A stretch of DNA of 64,000 bases from Dipteris shenzhenensis (lineage: Eukaryota), in the NCBI GenBank assembly GCA_047967505.1, contig CM106538.1. The stretch is one strand, 5' to 3'. How positions within the stretch are numbered: position 1 is the stretch's first letter; each line of letters opens with the position of its first letter. The position numbers and the translations under genes are program-made. The notes beneath the pieces are model-generated. The model did not search any database, had not been told where the DNA came from, and saw nothing but the letters and a program-made list of their open reading frames with translations. Of this stretch, positions 49,933 through 61,125 are shown piece by piece.

Positions 49933-52900
49933 TTGCAAAAAGAAGATTTCATCTTCCCGCTGTATGACATCTTCTTAAGGTCTACCTTAATAGAGACATT
50001 TGCTTTTAAAATAGAATTGTTTCACGAAAATGATGATATTGGCCACCGATTCTTTGAGAATGTTAATCTAGTAAGCAAGAAAAGAATAATACAAATTGCA
50101 ATACATCATCCACACATGAACATATTTCCTTGCACAATACATCATCCACACATGAACATTTTTCCTTGCACAATAGGTAGTAACTTTGATAGAAGGAAAA
50201 TATGGAGTAATGAAATCGAAGAAATCTTGAAAAGTATTTTGTTAGAAGAGAAGAAGAGCTCAATCAAGGAAATGATGATCACAATGAAAACTATTTACCC
50301 TACAACAAATATATCTTATACTTCCATGAGAAGAAAAGTTACCCAATTAAAAAAGACTTTGATTGAAACACAAAATCATGACGCTAATCAAGTCCTCCAA
50401 GAAAACACCCAAATTAGTGTTGAATCCCCTTTGGCCTTGCATCAAAAAAGATAACGAGGCTGTTCCATCACTATTGATGAAAATATCAATGAGTCTATTT
50501 ACATCCTATGTTTCAACACTGTTCAAAACACGTTCAAAAATATTTGAAAGGTATAAAGGACACGCCAACAAAAGAATGCTTCTCGTGTGAAAGAATGGTT
50601 TTTAGGAAGAATAGCATTTACCTTTCCAAAGCATATTTCGATTGGATTTGTAATAAAAAAAGTAATGTTAATACTCTCTTCAAGGAGGAAGAATATATAA
50701 TAAGCCTTGATTGCAATATCTCAATAAAGCATAAATCTATTCCAAAGTATTTTGTTCCAATATTGAACACATATCAATCTAAACCAGCAATTAGCGATAG
50801 TCAAGCAGCTAAATGACATTGAGAAATGACTAGTAGCTCCAAGGATCACATTCACCCAAATAAAAGAATTATGTTTCAATGGACAACTAGGAGCCTTTGG
50901 GAGTATTATAAATGTGGTAGCTGCTGATACCAACAAAATGCAATGCGTTCTTCCACAATGTTTAGAGGACAAAGCATCAATAACTGTAGGGATTAAGAAG
51001 AGACTGGAATACAAAACCACTTACGCAATAGGGAATGTTTGACCCAAAACTCTAATGAGGGCTCTTAATGTACTAATATATAAACCTTTGAATATTGAAA
51101 ATAATGTCACTATCAACCATGAGTAGTATAAACATATATTGAGCCTGCAAGAGGTTGACTCCAACATAAACTCAATAGAAGGTACAAACTAATGAAGAGA
51201 ATGACAAAAATGCCAATACTGACACTGACACATTGGTTCACAATATCATTAGTGCCGAACAGATTATTGACTTATGAAACAAAAGTGATGTATGTTGTTT
51301 TGGAGAGAATCAAATGCCTTTGGGCCTTTTCCAGGATAAGTATAGCGAAGAAGTAAATTTTCCAACGCTATTCTTTGGATTTCCTAGACAAGTTCACAAT
51401 GAGAAACTATCGTATTTAGACATTGTGAAATGGGAAATCATGCAAAAATCTTTGAAATTCTTGCACAACATTCCAAACTTGTTTTTCAAATCAATCAAGA
51501 TTCTCATACATCAAGTTATGCAATCTATATGGGTACGATTAAGGAAAGGCATGTTGCAAAACAAAGTGTTGTATGCTAAAGACATGATGAACAATACAAA
51601 CATAGAAAACATTCTATAATCTAGAATAGGATATGAGGACTTTGAAAGCTTGCGCACTTCCCCTGACTACAAGGAAAAACTAAGCAAAGACGCATTTGCA
51701 ATGATGAGGCAATTGGGGCCACCTACATTCTCGTGTGTGGAAAGACTATGGAATCCTCTAGTGAATGCTCTCCAAATAAGATACAATTCCAATAGATACA
51801 ATGATGCACAAGTACCGACAAATAGGGAGATCAGCTAGATGGTGTGAAAAAACCCTACATTCTGTGCTAGGTACTATGTTCACAAGCTACAACTAATGCT
51901 CTCACTTATCCTTAAAGATTCCACAATATTAGGAAATGTTGTTGATTACTTCTCCGTAATTGAATTCCAAAGTAGAGGAAGCCAACATGAACATGGAATT
52001 CTGTGGGTGAAGAACACACTAACATACAATTCTAATAATAACAACGAAGAATTAATAAATTTCATAAATGAACACCACATGTGATAATAAATTTTTGAAT
52101 GACAACATAAAAGAAATTCAAATACATCAACATGTAGCAACATGCATGAAGAAAGGAAAAAAGAATTGTAGATTTAACTATCCAAAACCACCCTTGAATG
52201 AGACAATGATCCTCATGCCTATGGTTGATACAAATAGAGGCAAAAATCAACACCTATACAAAAAAAATACAAGATGAAATTTTGAAATTGAAACCAAACA
52301 CAACAACTTCGGTTGGAGCACTTGGACATAGACTTGCATACATATATTCTTTCTCTACAATCAAACATTACAAAAGACTTTGTTTTTGAAACGTAACCCA
52401 AAAGACATATTCACTAATGTGTTCAACAAAAAAATAATTTAGTTGTGGCGATCAAAACATGGGGCGGATGGAATTTTCATGGCATCATCCAATTACGATG
52501 GAAAAGAAATAGTATGGATATTGTTTCCGCTTCAAGACATTGGGTTTCAAACTAGAAAAGAAAATCAACAAGCATACACCACATCTATAAGACACCAATG
52601 GACACCTATATTTAGAGTAACAAAAGAAGTTCAAATAGGCCCTTCAAAAACAAGCGTTCTCACATGCAAACAATTTCCAATACAACAAGTAGCAGCAAGA
52701 ACAATCCACAGAGCTCAAGGACTAACAATGGAGAAACTAGCTTTCTCCCCAAAAGGAGTACGTGCACATGGGTTGGCATACATAGGTTTATCTAGGGTTA
52801 GAGAAATAGAAAACCTATACTTGGTAGAGCCGTTGCAATTTCAAAACTTCAATGTTGACAACGACGTCAAAAAAGAAATGGAGCGCCTTACCAATCATGC

Positions 52901-53600
52901 ATCTTACAAAACAATATTGCAAAAACACTTGCAAGATTCAAACCATAACACAATCCTCGTTCAATCTTTGAACAGAAGATCCCTACCAAAATATGAGGAA
53001 GACCTAAAAGCAACAACACATCTAATGAATTCTAATGTCATTTGCTTACAAGAAACAAGAACAAAAAACCCAAACAAATTCTTCAATTCAAATTTCCAAA
53101 CAATCCGCAACTATTCACACTCAGGGTCATGCACACTCATTCATAATGAAATAAAAATTGCAAGCCAAGACAGTTACAATGAAAAAGGGATAGAAATTAC
53201 AAGGATCAAAATTCAATGGATATCCGGCTGGATAGAGCAATAACAGCTGCATCATAGGGACTTGAACTGTGGGGTCTTTGGGCTTGAACAAAAAACAACA
53301 AATACATACACAATCATCAATGTGTACAGACCCCCATCCACAAAATACAACTTGTTCATAGCCTGCCTTCAAAAAATACTAGCTAGCATAACAAATACAC
53401 AATCTAACACCAAGCAACAAACCTTCAAAATATGATGAATAACTTAAACTTCAAATTACAATTTAAAGAACCAACAACTACTTATGAATCTCAATTAGAT
53501 CACATATGGACAAACAATAGCAATCCACACATAAAAGCAGGAACATCATTTGCATATTGGAGTGACCACTCAATCACGTACATATACACATAACTATCAC
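49933..53600 (+). pseudogene. Rep(HUH)-PIF1 helicase-APE endonuclease gene, internally deleted
   Basis: CFSCER; DKYSEEVNFPTLFFG; SPDY..DAFAMMRQLGPPTF; IEFQSRGSQHEHGILW; QFPI..ARTIHRAQGLT..AYIGLSRV; SLNRRSL, VICLQET, NVYRPP, LDHIWTN, WSDH. Confidence 0.92.
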
Positions 53601-54625
53601 TAAGCAGGGTGTGCCACATTGTTTTACTCACAACCACCCCCCAAACACACACACACACACACGTATGCGCACACACAGTGTGCACATCGCTTTGCATTTG
53701 CTCAAACTTTCCAATCGTTCTACTCACGGGCTTCCATCGTGCAACATCATCTTGCCCTTTAGTTCACAATCTTTTTATGCCTGCCTGAAAGGTAGCCTTA
53801 GTAATGAAACTCATCTTCAAGAATTGAAATTACGATTTTTATTTTCCAAAAATTCTTTCTCCCATATTTGGACATATTCCACGTGCAACTAGAGTTTAAC
53901 TTCCACATAATCCCCCGTGTCTCTCTCTTTCCCCTACAAATCCTCCTTTACTCTCTCTCTCTCACACCCCCTCCCCCTCTCTCTCTCTCTATCTCTTTCT
54001 CTCTCTCAACTCTCCATCCTCTTTTCCATGCTCCACATCTAAGGCAGGCCTTATGAATGATTATGAGCATTCAACTTGTTCGTTCTTTTAATACAAAATT
54101 GACTTTTTTGTGAAGTTTATGCACCACCTTCAAAGTTCTTTCTTGCCAATGGAGGACGCAGAGATCCCTGGCAATTAAGCTCCAGCTGGCTTCCCCCCGA
54201 GACCGGTGGAGCGGGTGGAGGAATGTTCGCCTTCAGGTACTGTCCTCCTTTATTGTTTTTCTGCATGGTCGAAAATAAGAAAACCCGGCGTGATGTTTTC
54301 TTATACGTGTAATTTTAGTTATGAAGCCGTGCATTTATCGATTGGGGAAAAGAGTTTTCTGGGCAAACCCACCCCCGGCAATTGATATGCGTTGAGGTCA
54401 GGGGCCGAGGGCTTATGGAAGGAGTACTTCACGGTTACCTCCCAGTGATGGGACAAGCGAGAGAGCAAAGTAAGTGTAAGTCAAAACTGAATGATATGCA
54501 CAGGTAAATCAGTAGATTGGCTAGTCTAACGAGTCTATTGAGCATCTCAACCTGGTTGTCTAGATTTCAAGCACAAGGAGTCGCTATGGATAGACAGCTG
54601 GTACAATCCAGGTTGGGTTAAAGAC

Positions 54626-57070
54626 ATGCTTCAGAAAAAGCCCAAAGCATCCTGTGGAAAGGCTGGAGGCAATGTCGATGCATCTCAAGCACAAGAACCG
54701 CGTGAGTATAGTGACTGGGATATGCTCAGCCTAGAGGAAGCACTCACGTCCATGGAACGGATGCCCCAGCTGCCTTCAGTTCAGAGCCTTACATGCATCT
54801 TGCACAAGTGCAGAACAACGAAAAATGTAGCCTATACCATGCGTTTGTATGCCTACATGTGCAAAAGTGGGTTGGAAGATCATAGATCTCTTGGGAACTA
54901 TGTGGTCCCAATGTTGGTCCAAGTTGGAAGCATGTGTGATGCTCAGCACGTTTTTGACAAGTTGGTTGATCGGAACGTGTATTCTTGGACTTCTCTCATC
55001 TGGGGTTATATTGAATGTGGGGATTCAAAGCATGCCCTCAATCTCTACCAAGAAATGCAAGAGGAATCTGTATACCCTAGCAAGTATACCTTTGTGGCCA
55101 TACTAAAGGCTTGTGCTAGGTTGAAAGATACCGAAAGAGGCCGACAAGTACACGTTGAGATAGCTAGAAAGGGGCTGGAAAGAGACCTATTTATTGGCAA
55201 CACCTTGGTGGATATGTATGCCAAATGTGGCTTGCTTCCAGAAGCACAGGATGCATTTGACAAGCTGCCAGTTCAAGACCAGGTCTCATGGAATGCACTG
55301 ATCTTAGGATATGCTGAGCATGGGTTTGGTGAGAAAGCACTGAACTGTTTCGATCAGATGCAACTGGAGGGTCTCTCTCCAGATGCGGTCACATTTGTTT
55401 GCAGCTTGAAGGCTTGTGGCAGCATAGGAGCCATAGGCAAGGGCCGAGAAATACATGCTGAGATTTCCAGAATGGGGCTGGTGAGAGATCTTTCTGTTGG
55501 CAACACCTTGGTGGATATGTATGCCAAATGTGGCTTGCTTCCAGAAGCACAAGAATCTTTTGACAAGCTGCCAATTCGAGATGTAGTCTCGTGGACTGCA
55601 TTAATGGCAGGATATGCTGAGCATGATCTAGGTGAGGAAGCACTGAACTGTCTCAAACAGATGCAACTAGAGGGTATCTCTCTGGATGCTGTTACATTTG
55701 TTTGGAGCTTGAAAGCTTGTGGCAGCATAGGAGCTATAGACAAGGGCCGAGAAATACATGCCGAGATTGCCAGAAAGAGGCTGGAAAGAGATCTTATTGC
55801 TGGCAATACCCTGGTGGATATGTATGCCAAATGTGGGTCTGTTGCAGAAGCCCAGGAAGCATTTGACAAGCTGCCGGTTCGAGATGAGGTCTCGTGGAAT
55901 GCATTGATGGCAGGATATGCCAAGCATGGGCTTGGTGAGGACTCGCTGAATTGTCTCGAACAGATGCAAATGCAGGGACACTCTCCAGATGCTGTCACGT
56001 TCGTTTGCAGCTTGAAAGCTTGTGGCAGCATCGGAGCCATAAGCAAGGGCCGAGAAATACATGCTGAGATTGCCAGAAAGGGGCTGGAAAGACATCTCTC
56101 TGTTGGCAACACCTTGGTGGATATGTATTGCAAATGTGGCTCTCTTGCAGAAGCAGTGGACGCATTAGACAAGCTGCCACTTCGAGACATAGTCTCTTGG
56201 ACTGCACTAATTGCAGGCTATGCCGAGGAGGGTCTCGGTGAGGAAGCACTGAACTGTCTTGAACACATGCAACTGGAGGATCTCTCTCCAAATGCTGTCA
56301 CATTTGCTTGCAGCTTGAAAGGTTGTGGCAACATAGGAGCCATAGACAAGGGCCGAGAAATACACGCTGACAGCGCCAGAAAGGGGCTAGAAACAGATCA
56401 TGTTGTTGGCAATGCGTTGGTGGATATGTATGCCCAATGTGGCTCGCTTGCAGAAGCACAGGAAGCCTTTGACAAGCTGCTTGTTCGAAATGAGGTATCG
56501 TGGACTGCACTCATGGCAGGATATGCCCAGCAAGGAGAAAGTGAAATTGTTTTCCATATGCTGGAGAGAATGATAGCAGAAGGGATAAAGGCAGATGGGG
56601 TCACATTTTCTATCGTTCTTACTGTATGCAGTCACACAGGTCTAGTGAATACCGGCCAGAAGTACTTTGAGGCCATGAGCAGAGACAATGGCATCACTCA
56701 GACCATTGAACACCACATTGGCATGGTTGATCTTTTTGGCCGTGCAGGCCAATTATACGAGGCATCAGCGATGGTGAAGAAGATGCCTTTCGATCCTAAT
56801 CTTGCAGTGTGGCATACGATGTTGGGTGCTTGTCGAAAGTGGGGTAATGTGGAGCTTGGAAGACTGGCCTTTGAAAAGGCGGTGCACTTGGATGAAAAGG
56901 CTGCTGCAGCTTATGTCTTGATGTCGAACATCTATGCAAATGCTCACATGGAGGAGGAAGGGGAGAAGGTCAAAGGCATGAGAGTAGGAAAACAAGCATG
57001 GAACATGGATATCACCAAGAGGAGTGATGAAAGAATTGAAATATTTTCGCAGCACGGCCTAAATTCATGA
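54626..57070 (+). CDS. PLS-class pentatricopeptide repeat protein, E subclass without DYW; putative organellar RNA-editing specificity factor
   Basis: Intact 814-aa ORF; P-L-S triplets with an exact 303-bp period (55196, 55499, 55802, 56105, 56408); then P2-L2-S2, E1 (VWHTMLGACRKWGNVELG) and E2 (AYVLMSNIYA); no PG box, HxE or DYW. Confidence 0.95.
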   Translation: MLQKKPKASCGKAGGNVDASQAQEPREYSDWDMLSLEEALTSMERMPQLPSVQSLTCILHKCRTTKNVAYTMRLYAYMCKSGLEDHRSLGNYVVPMLVQVGSMCDAQHVFDKLVDRNVYSWTSLIWGYIECGDSKHALNLYQEMQEESVYPSKYTFVAILKACARLKDTERGRQVHVEIARKGLERDLFIGNTLVDMYAKCGLLPEAQDAFDKLPVQDQVSWNALILGYAEHGFGEKALNCFDQMQLEGLSPDAVTFVCSLKACGSIGAIGKGREIHAEISRMGLVRDLSVGNTLVDMYAKCGLLPEAQESFDKLPIRDVVSWTALMAGYAEHDLGEEALNCLKQMQLEGISLDAVTFVWSLKACGSIGAIDKGREIHAEIARKRLERDLIAGNTLVDMYAKCGSVAEAQEAFDKLPVRDEVSWNALMAGYAKHGLGEDSLNCLEQMQMQGHSPDAVTFVCSLKACGSIGAISKGREIHAEIARKGLERHLSVGNTLVDMYCKCGSLAEAVDALDKLPLRDIVSWTALIAGYAEEGLGEEALNCLEHMQLEDLSPNAVTFACSLKGCGNIGAIDKGREIHADSARKGLETDHVVGNALVDMYAQCGSLAEAQEAFDKLLVRNEVSWTALMAGYAQQGESEIVFHMLERMIAEGIKADGVTFSIVLTVCSHTGLVNTGQKYFEAMSRDNGITQTIEHHIGMVDLFGRAGQLYEASAMVKKMPFDPNLAVWHTMLGACRKWGNVELGRLAFEKAVHLDEKAAAAYVLMSNIYANAHMEEEGEKVKGMRVGKQAWNMDITKRSDERIEIFSQHGLNS

Positions 57071-57696
57071 AATTCTTTAAAGAGGATAAGTAATTGTTTG
57101 CATACCTTTTCCTTCCATGTTTTGAAGTGCTAACGTCTTTTTTTGGTCCACCATTTTGGAGTAAGGGTTGCATCTTGGGAAAACAAGCAGGGGAAGTCCT
57201 TGAGAGGAGCATTGGAGGAATGGAGGAGGAAGAGAGAAGGAGAGGGGAGATTGGCGAAATCATATAGGAGAGGAGAGAGGGAAGGGAAGTGGGACAAATC
57301 ATCTTGGGAGAGAAGAGGGAGAGAAGGGGAACAGCGGAGAGCGGCAAAAAAGTCCAAAGTAGTAAAGGGAAAGGGGCTTGCACTGAGAGAAAGAGAGAGA
57401 GGTTATGAAAGTAGCATATGCTTATTGTCCTTGGAGGAGAGGAGCTGTATGCCTCACTCTTGACACTAAAGCTTGGAGAGGAGGGGGGGGGTAAGAAGAG
57501 AAAAGGCAAGATAAAGAGACCACGCTCATTGAACTATGTGCCACTATCAGTTTTTCTAGTCAAGAGTTTTTATCGAGGATTGCTAGCCTGGTATATTGCA
57601 GTTTTATCTTCAATGACAGTTCAAATTGCATTTGATATAGACAGTGTTGATTCAGACAATGATTTCACAGACACCTTGAGTACATTTTCTTGCACC

Positions 57697-60600
57697 ATGT
57701 CCACCACTAACAACCTCAAATTTGGAGGCATCTACTAAGCTAGACAACTCCAATTACGGAACATGGAAATACCGAATGGAAACCATTCTTGTACTTCAAG
57801 ACAAATGAAAGTATGTCGATGGGTCTACACTTAGACCATCAAATGCTTCAACAGCAGCTCCCACCGTTGTCGCAGCTCCAACCACGGGATCTACACCTGC
57901 ACCACTTGTGCCCACAATTGTAGTAGGAAGAATGGGATAAGAAAGACAAATATGCATATCATTTAATCAATCAGAATGTGCAAGATGTCATGCTAGGACA
58001 GCTCAATACAGTGAAGACATCAAAATAAGTATGTGATATGTTCGTAGCTCTTTACGAGTCTAAGAAAACTTCCAGGATTCTCACACTGAGAAACAAAATA
58101 GACCAGATTTTTCACAACAGCAGTGAAATGGGTCATGCTTATGTACTCAGGATCAAGGATTACGATAATCAACTCGCAGTAGTAGGAGAGACCATGAATC
58201 CCGCAGAAGTAGTTCAAATCATCCTAAATGGACTAGATTCATAACGAAACTAACTTGAAAAAATCATCCATGATTTGTAGCTCATCGATTTTTATGCTAC
58301 CCATATGATAGAGGGATACATGAATCTAGTCCAGAGTATTGCCATTCAACGGTATATTCCAACACCGGAAGAGTTCCAGTCAGTGCTACTTGGTGAAGAA
58401 CTCAGGACGCAAGCCATTCATGCACGCAAAGGTCATTCCAATGATCAAGCATTCTCAGCTTCAGATAGAAGTAGAGGCAAAGGCAGAGGTAGATCATTTA
58501 GCAAAGTGGTAATCATGAACAACGAAGTCATTAGCAAAGTCAGCATCAGCATCATCCTCAACAACATTAGCATTAGCAAAGAGGAAACTATTCCAATCAA
58601 GAAATATTCCAAGGAAGAGGGAATGCATCCACCAATGTGTCAAACATTCAGTGCAACTATTGGACACTATGAAAGAGATTGCTGCTGCAAGAAGCAGTAT
58701 GACCAAGGCGGTCAATCCAATAGCAATCAAGGGAATTTTTGAGAAAGAGGAAATCATCGCAGTGGGCATTCAAGCCACAATCATTATGCCAATGAACCTG
58801 AGAATATGTTTCTTGCAAGCAAGGATATGCAAAAGACTGAAATAGTGTATCTTGACATAGATTGCAATTCAAAAGAGGAATGTAGTCATCAAGTCAATCA
58901 AGCATGTCAGGATCCTTGGTACATCGACAATGGTGCATCATCTCATATGACAAAGCATCAAGAATGGTTTACAGAGATGAAACCTTTAGAAGGACGGAAT
59001 TTAATACATCGAATCCAGTTCAAGGGAAAGGCATTGTCCCTATGAACAATTTCACTGGTACAAAAGGATTCGTGAAAGATGTTCTCTATATTCCGAAGCT
59101 CAGCAAGAACCTCCTGCCAGTTGGGAAAATGACAGAACACAACTATCGAGTCATCTTTGATGGAGATGAATGCACTATTAGAGACAAATCCAAAGGATAT
59201 CAGCTAGTAGGAAAAGCAGTTAGGGAAGGATGCTTGTTTAGAATGCTAGCTTCAGTACCAGATTTGCATGCCTGTCAACTCAACCGCAACAGATGCCACT
59301 TTTTGAAGTATGGCACAAGCAATATGGACGTGTCAAATTCAACAGCTTGATAGAACTAAGAAATTAAAATATGGCAATTAGAATTCCGAACCTATTTGCA
59401 AAGCATGTTGCTTTTGTAAACAAAAGTGAACCAATTTTGGTAGAAGCACCTCTCAAGCACGAGTTATTCTTGATTTAATTCACACAGATGTATGGGATTA
59501 TGCTTAGACCTGCAGCGTCAATAGTTCACTTTACTACTTGACTTTCATCGATGACTATAGAAGATATTTTTGGGTCTCTTGTTTGAAAGATAAATCTAAA
59601 GTCTTTTCTAGATTTCAAGAATTCAAAGCCATGGTTGAAAACTAGACAGGCAGAAAGATCAACGTCATGAGATCAGATAGAGGAGGTGAATACATGTCTT
59701 CAGCATTCACGATCTTTTGCAGAGGTAATGGCATTTGAAGACAATTAACTTGTGTAGATCTTCCTCAGGAGAATGCAAGAGCTGAAAGGAAGAACGATAC
59801 TTTAGCACAAACGCAATGCTCAGTGAGAAGCATCCTTTGAATCAGTATTGGGTAGAAACAATCGCCACTCCAAACTACTTACTTAATTGAATTCTGACTG
59901 AACCGATTCAGGGTATGACACCTTATGAAGCATTCACTAGACACAAGCCACGCATTGGGTATCTCCACATATTTGGTTGCATAGCATATGCCCACATACA
60001 TAACAATCATTGTAGAAAATTGGATGCGAAGTCATGCAAATGCATCATGGTTGGCTACAGTGAAGAAAGCAAAGCATACAAGCTGTATGGTCCCATCAAG
60101 TGCAAGGTCATTATCTCCAAAGATATAACCTTTGATAAAGAATCAAAATGAAAAACATCAAATTCTCAGGAGATCGACACATAGATTACTCAATTACCTA
60201 TAGAAAAGGTTGATGAAGAAGAACAAGGATTCTTCGAGAAGAGCAACAACTCAGACAATCTACTAGGGAAAGCAGACTACCAACCAGATTTACATAAGCT
60301 CAGAAAGGCAGAGCAATTCAAGATCAAACTACCAATTATACTGTTATGACTACATTATGGCTACAGAAGAGCTAGTGTACTTTGAAGACGCAATTGACAA
60401 GCCAGAATGGCAAACTGCTATGAATGAAGAAATGGATGCCTTGTGCAAAAACAACACTTGGGAATTATACGACCTTCCACCAAGAAAGAAGGCCATAGCA
60501 AACAAATGGTTTTACTAAGTGAAGTACAATCTAGATGGAAGCAATAAAAGATACAAAGTCAAACTAGTTGCAAAAGTATTTGCATAGCAATATGGTAAGG

Positions 60601-61125
60601 ATTATGATGAGACTTATGTCCTAGTAGCAAAGATGGATTCCATACGATTCTTCATATCACTAGCGACACTCAACAGATGGAATGTGTACTAGCTAGATGT
60701 CAAGAATGCTTTTCTCAATGGTTACTTTGACGAGGAAGTCTACATGTAACAATTAGCTGGTTATGTTGAACCAAGGAAAGAGAATCAGGTTTGCCATCTT
60801 AAGAAAAGTCTCTACGGCTTAAAGCAAGCACCCAAAAGTTGGTATAGCAGAATCGACAAGTATTTTGCTAATCTAGGATACATAGATTCCAATGCAGATC
60901 ATACTCTCTACTACAAAGTTTAAGGGAAAGACATTATTATTGCACTTTTGTAAGTAGATGATCTGATTGTGAGAGGAAGCGATGATAGCTTCATCAAAAA
61001 GCTAAAAGAAGACTTATTTGTGTAGAGTTCAACATGAAAGATCTTGGACTTATACACTATTTTCTTGGTATTGAGTTCTAGAGAGACTCAAACAGCACCT
61101 TCATGAGTCAACTAAAATATGTTGA
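57697..61125 (+). mobile_element. Decayed Copia (gag-PR-INT-RT), interrupted at 61125
   Basis: [75 protein letters not shown]. Confidence 0.92.

Larger units (their letters stand above)
43569..54089 (+). mobile_element. Helentron/HLE2-type rolling-circle transposon (~10.5 kb; boundaries inferred)
   Basis: RPA-like gene plus Rep-helicase-endonuclease; 3' palindrome taaggcaggcctta, hairpin gagca-N7-tgttc and TTTT; putative 5' end T7-ggccgtgc. Confidence 0.65.

Noticed and set aside
55354-56190. 278-aa antisense ORF within the PPR gene
   Set aside because: Shadow frame of the repeated PPR codons
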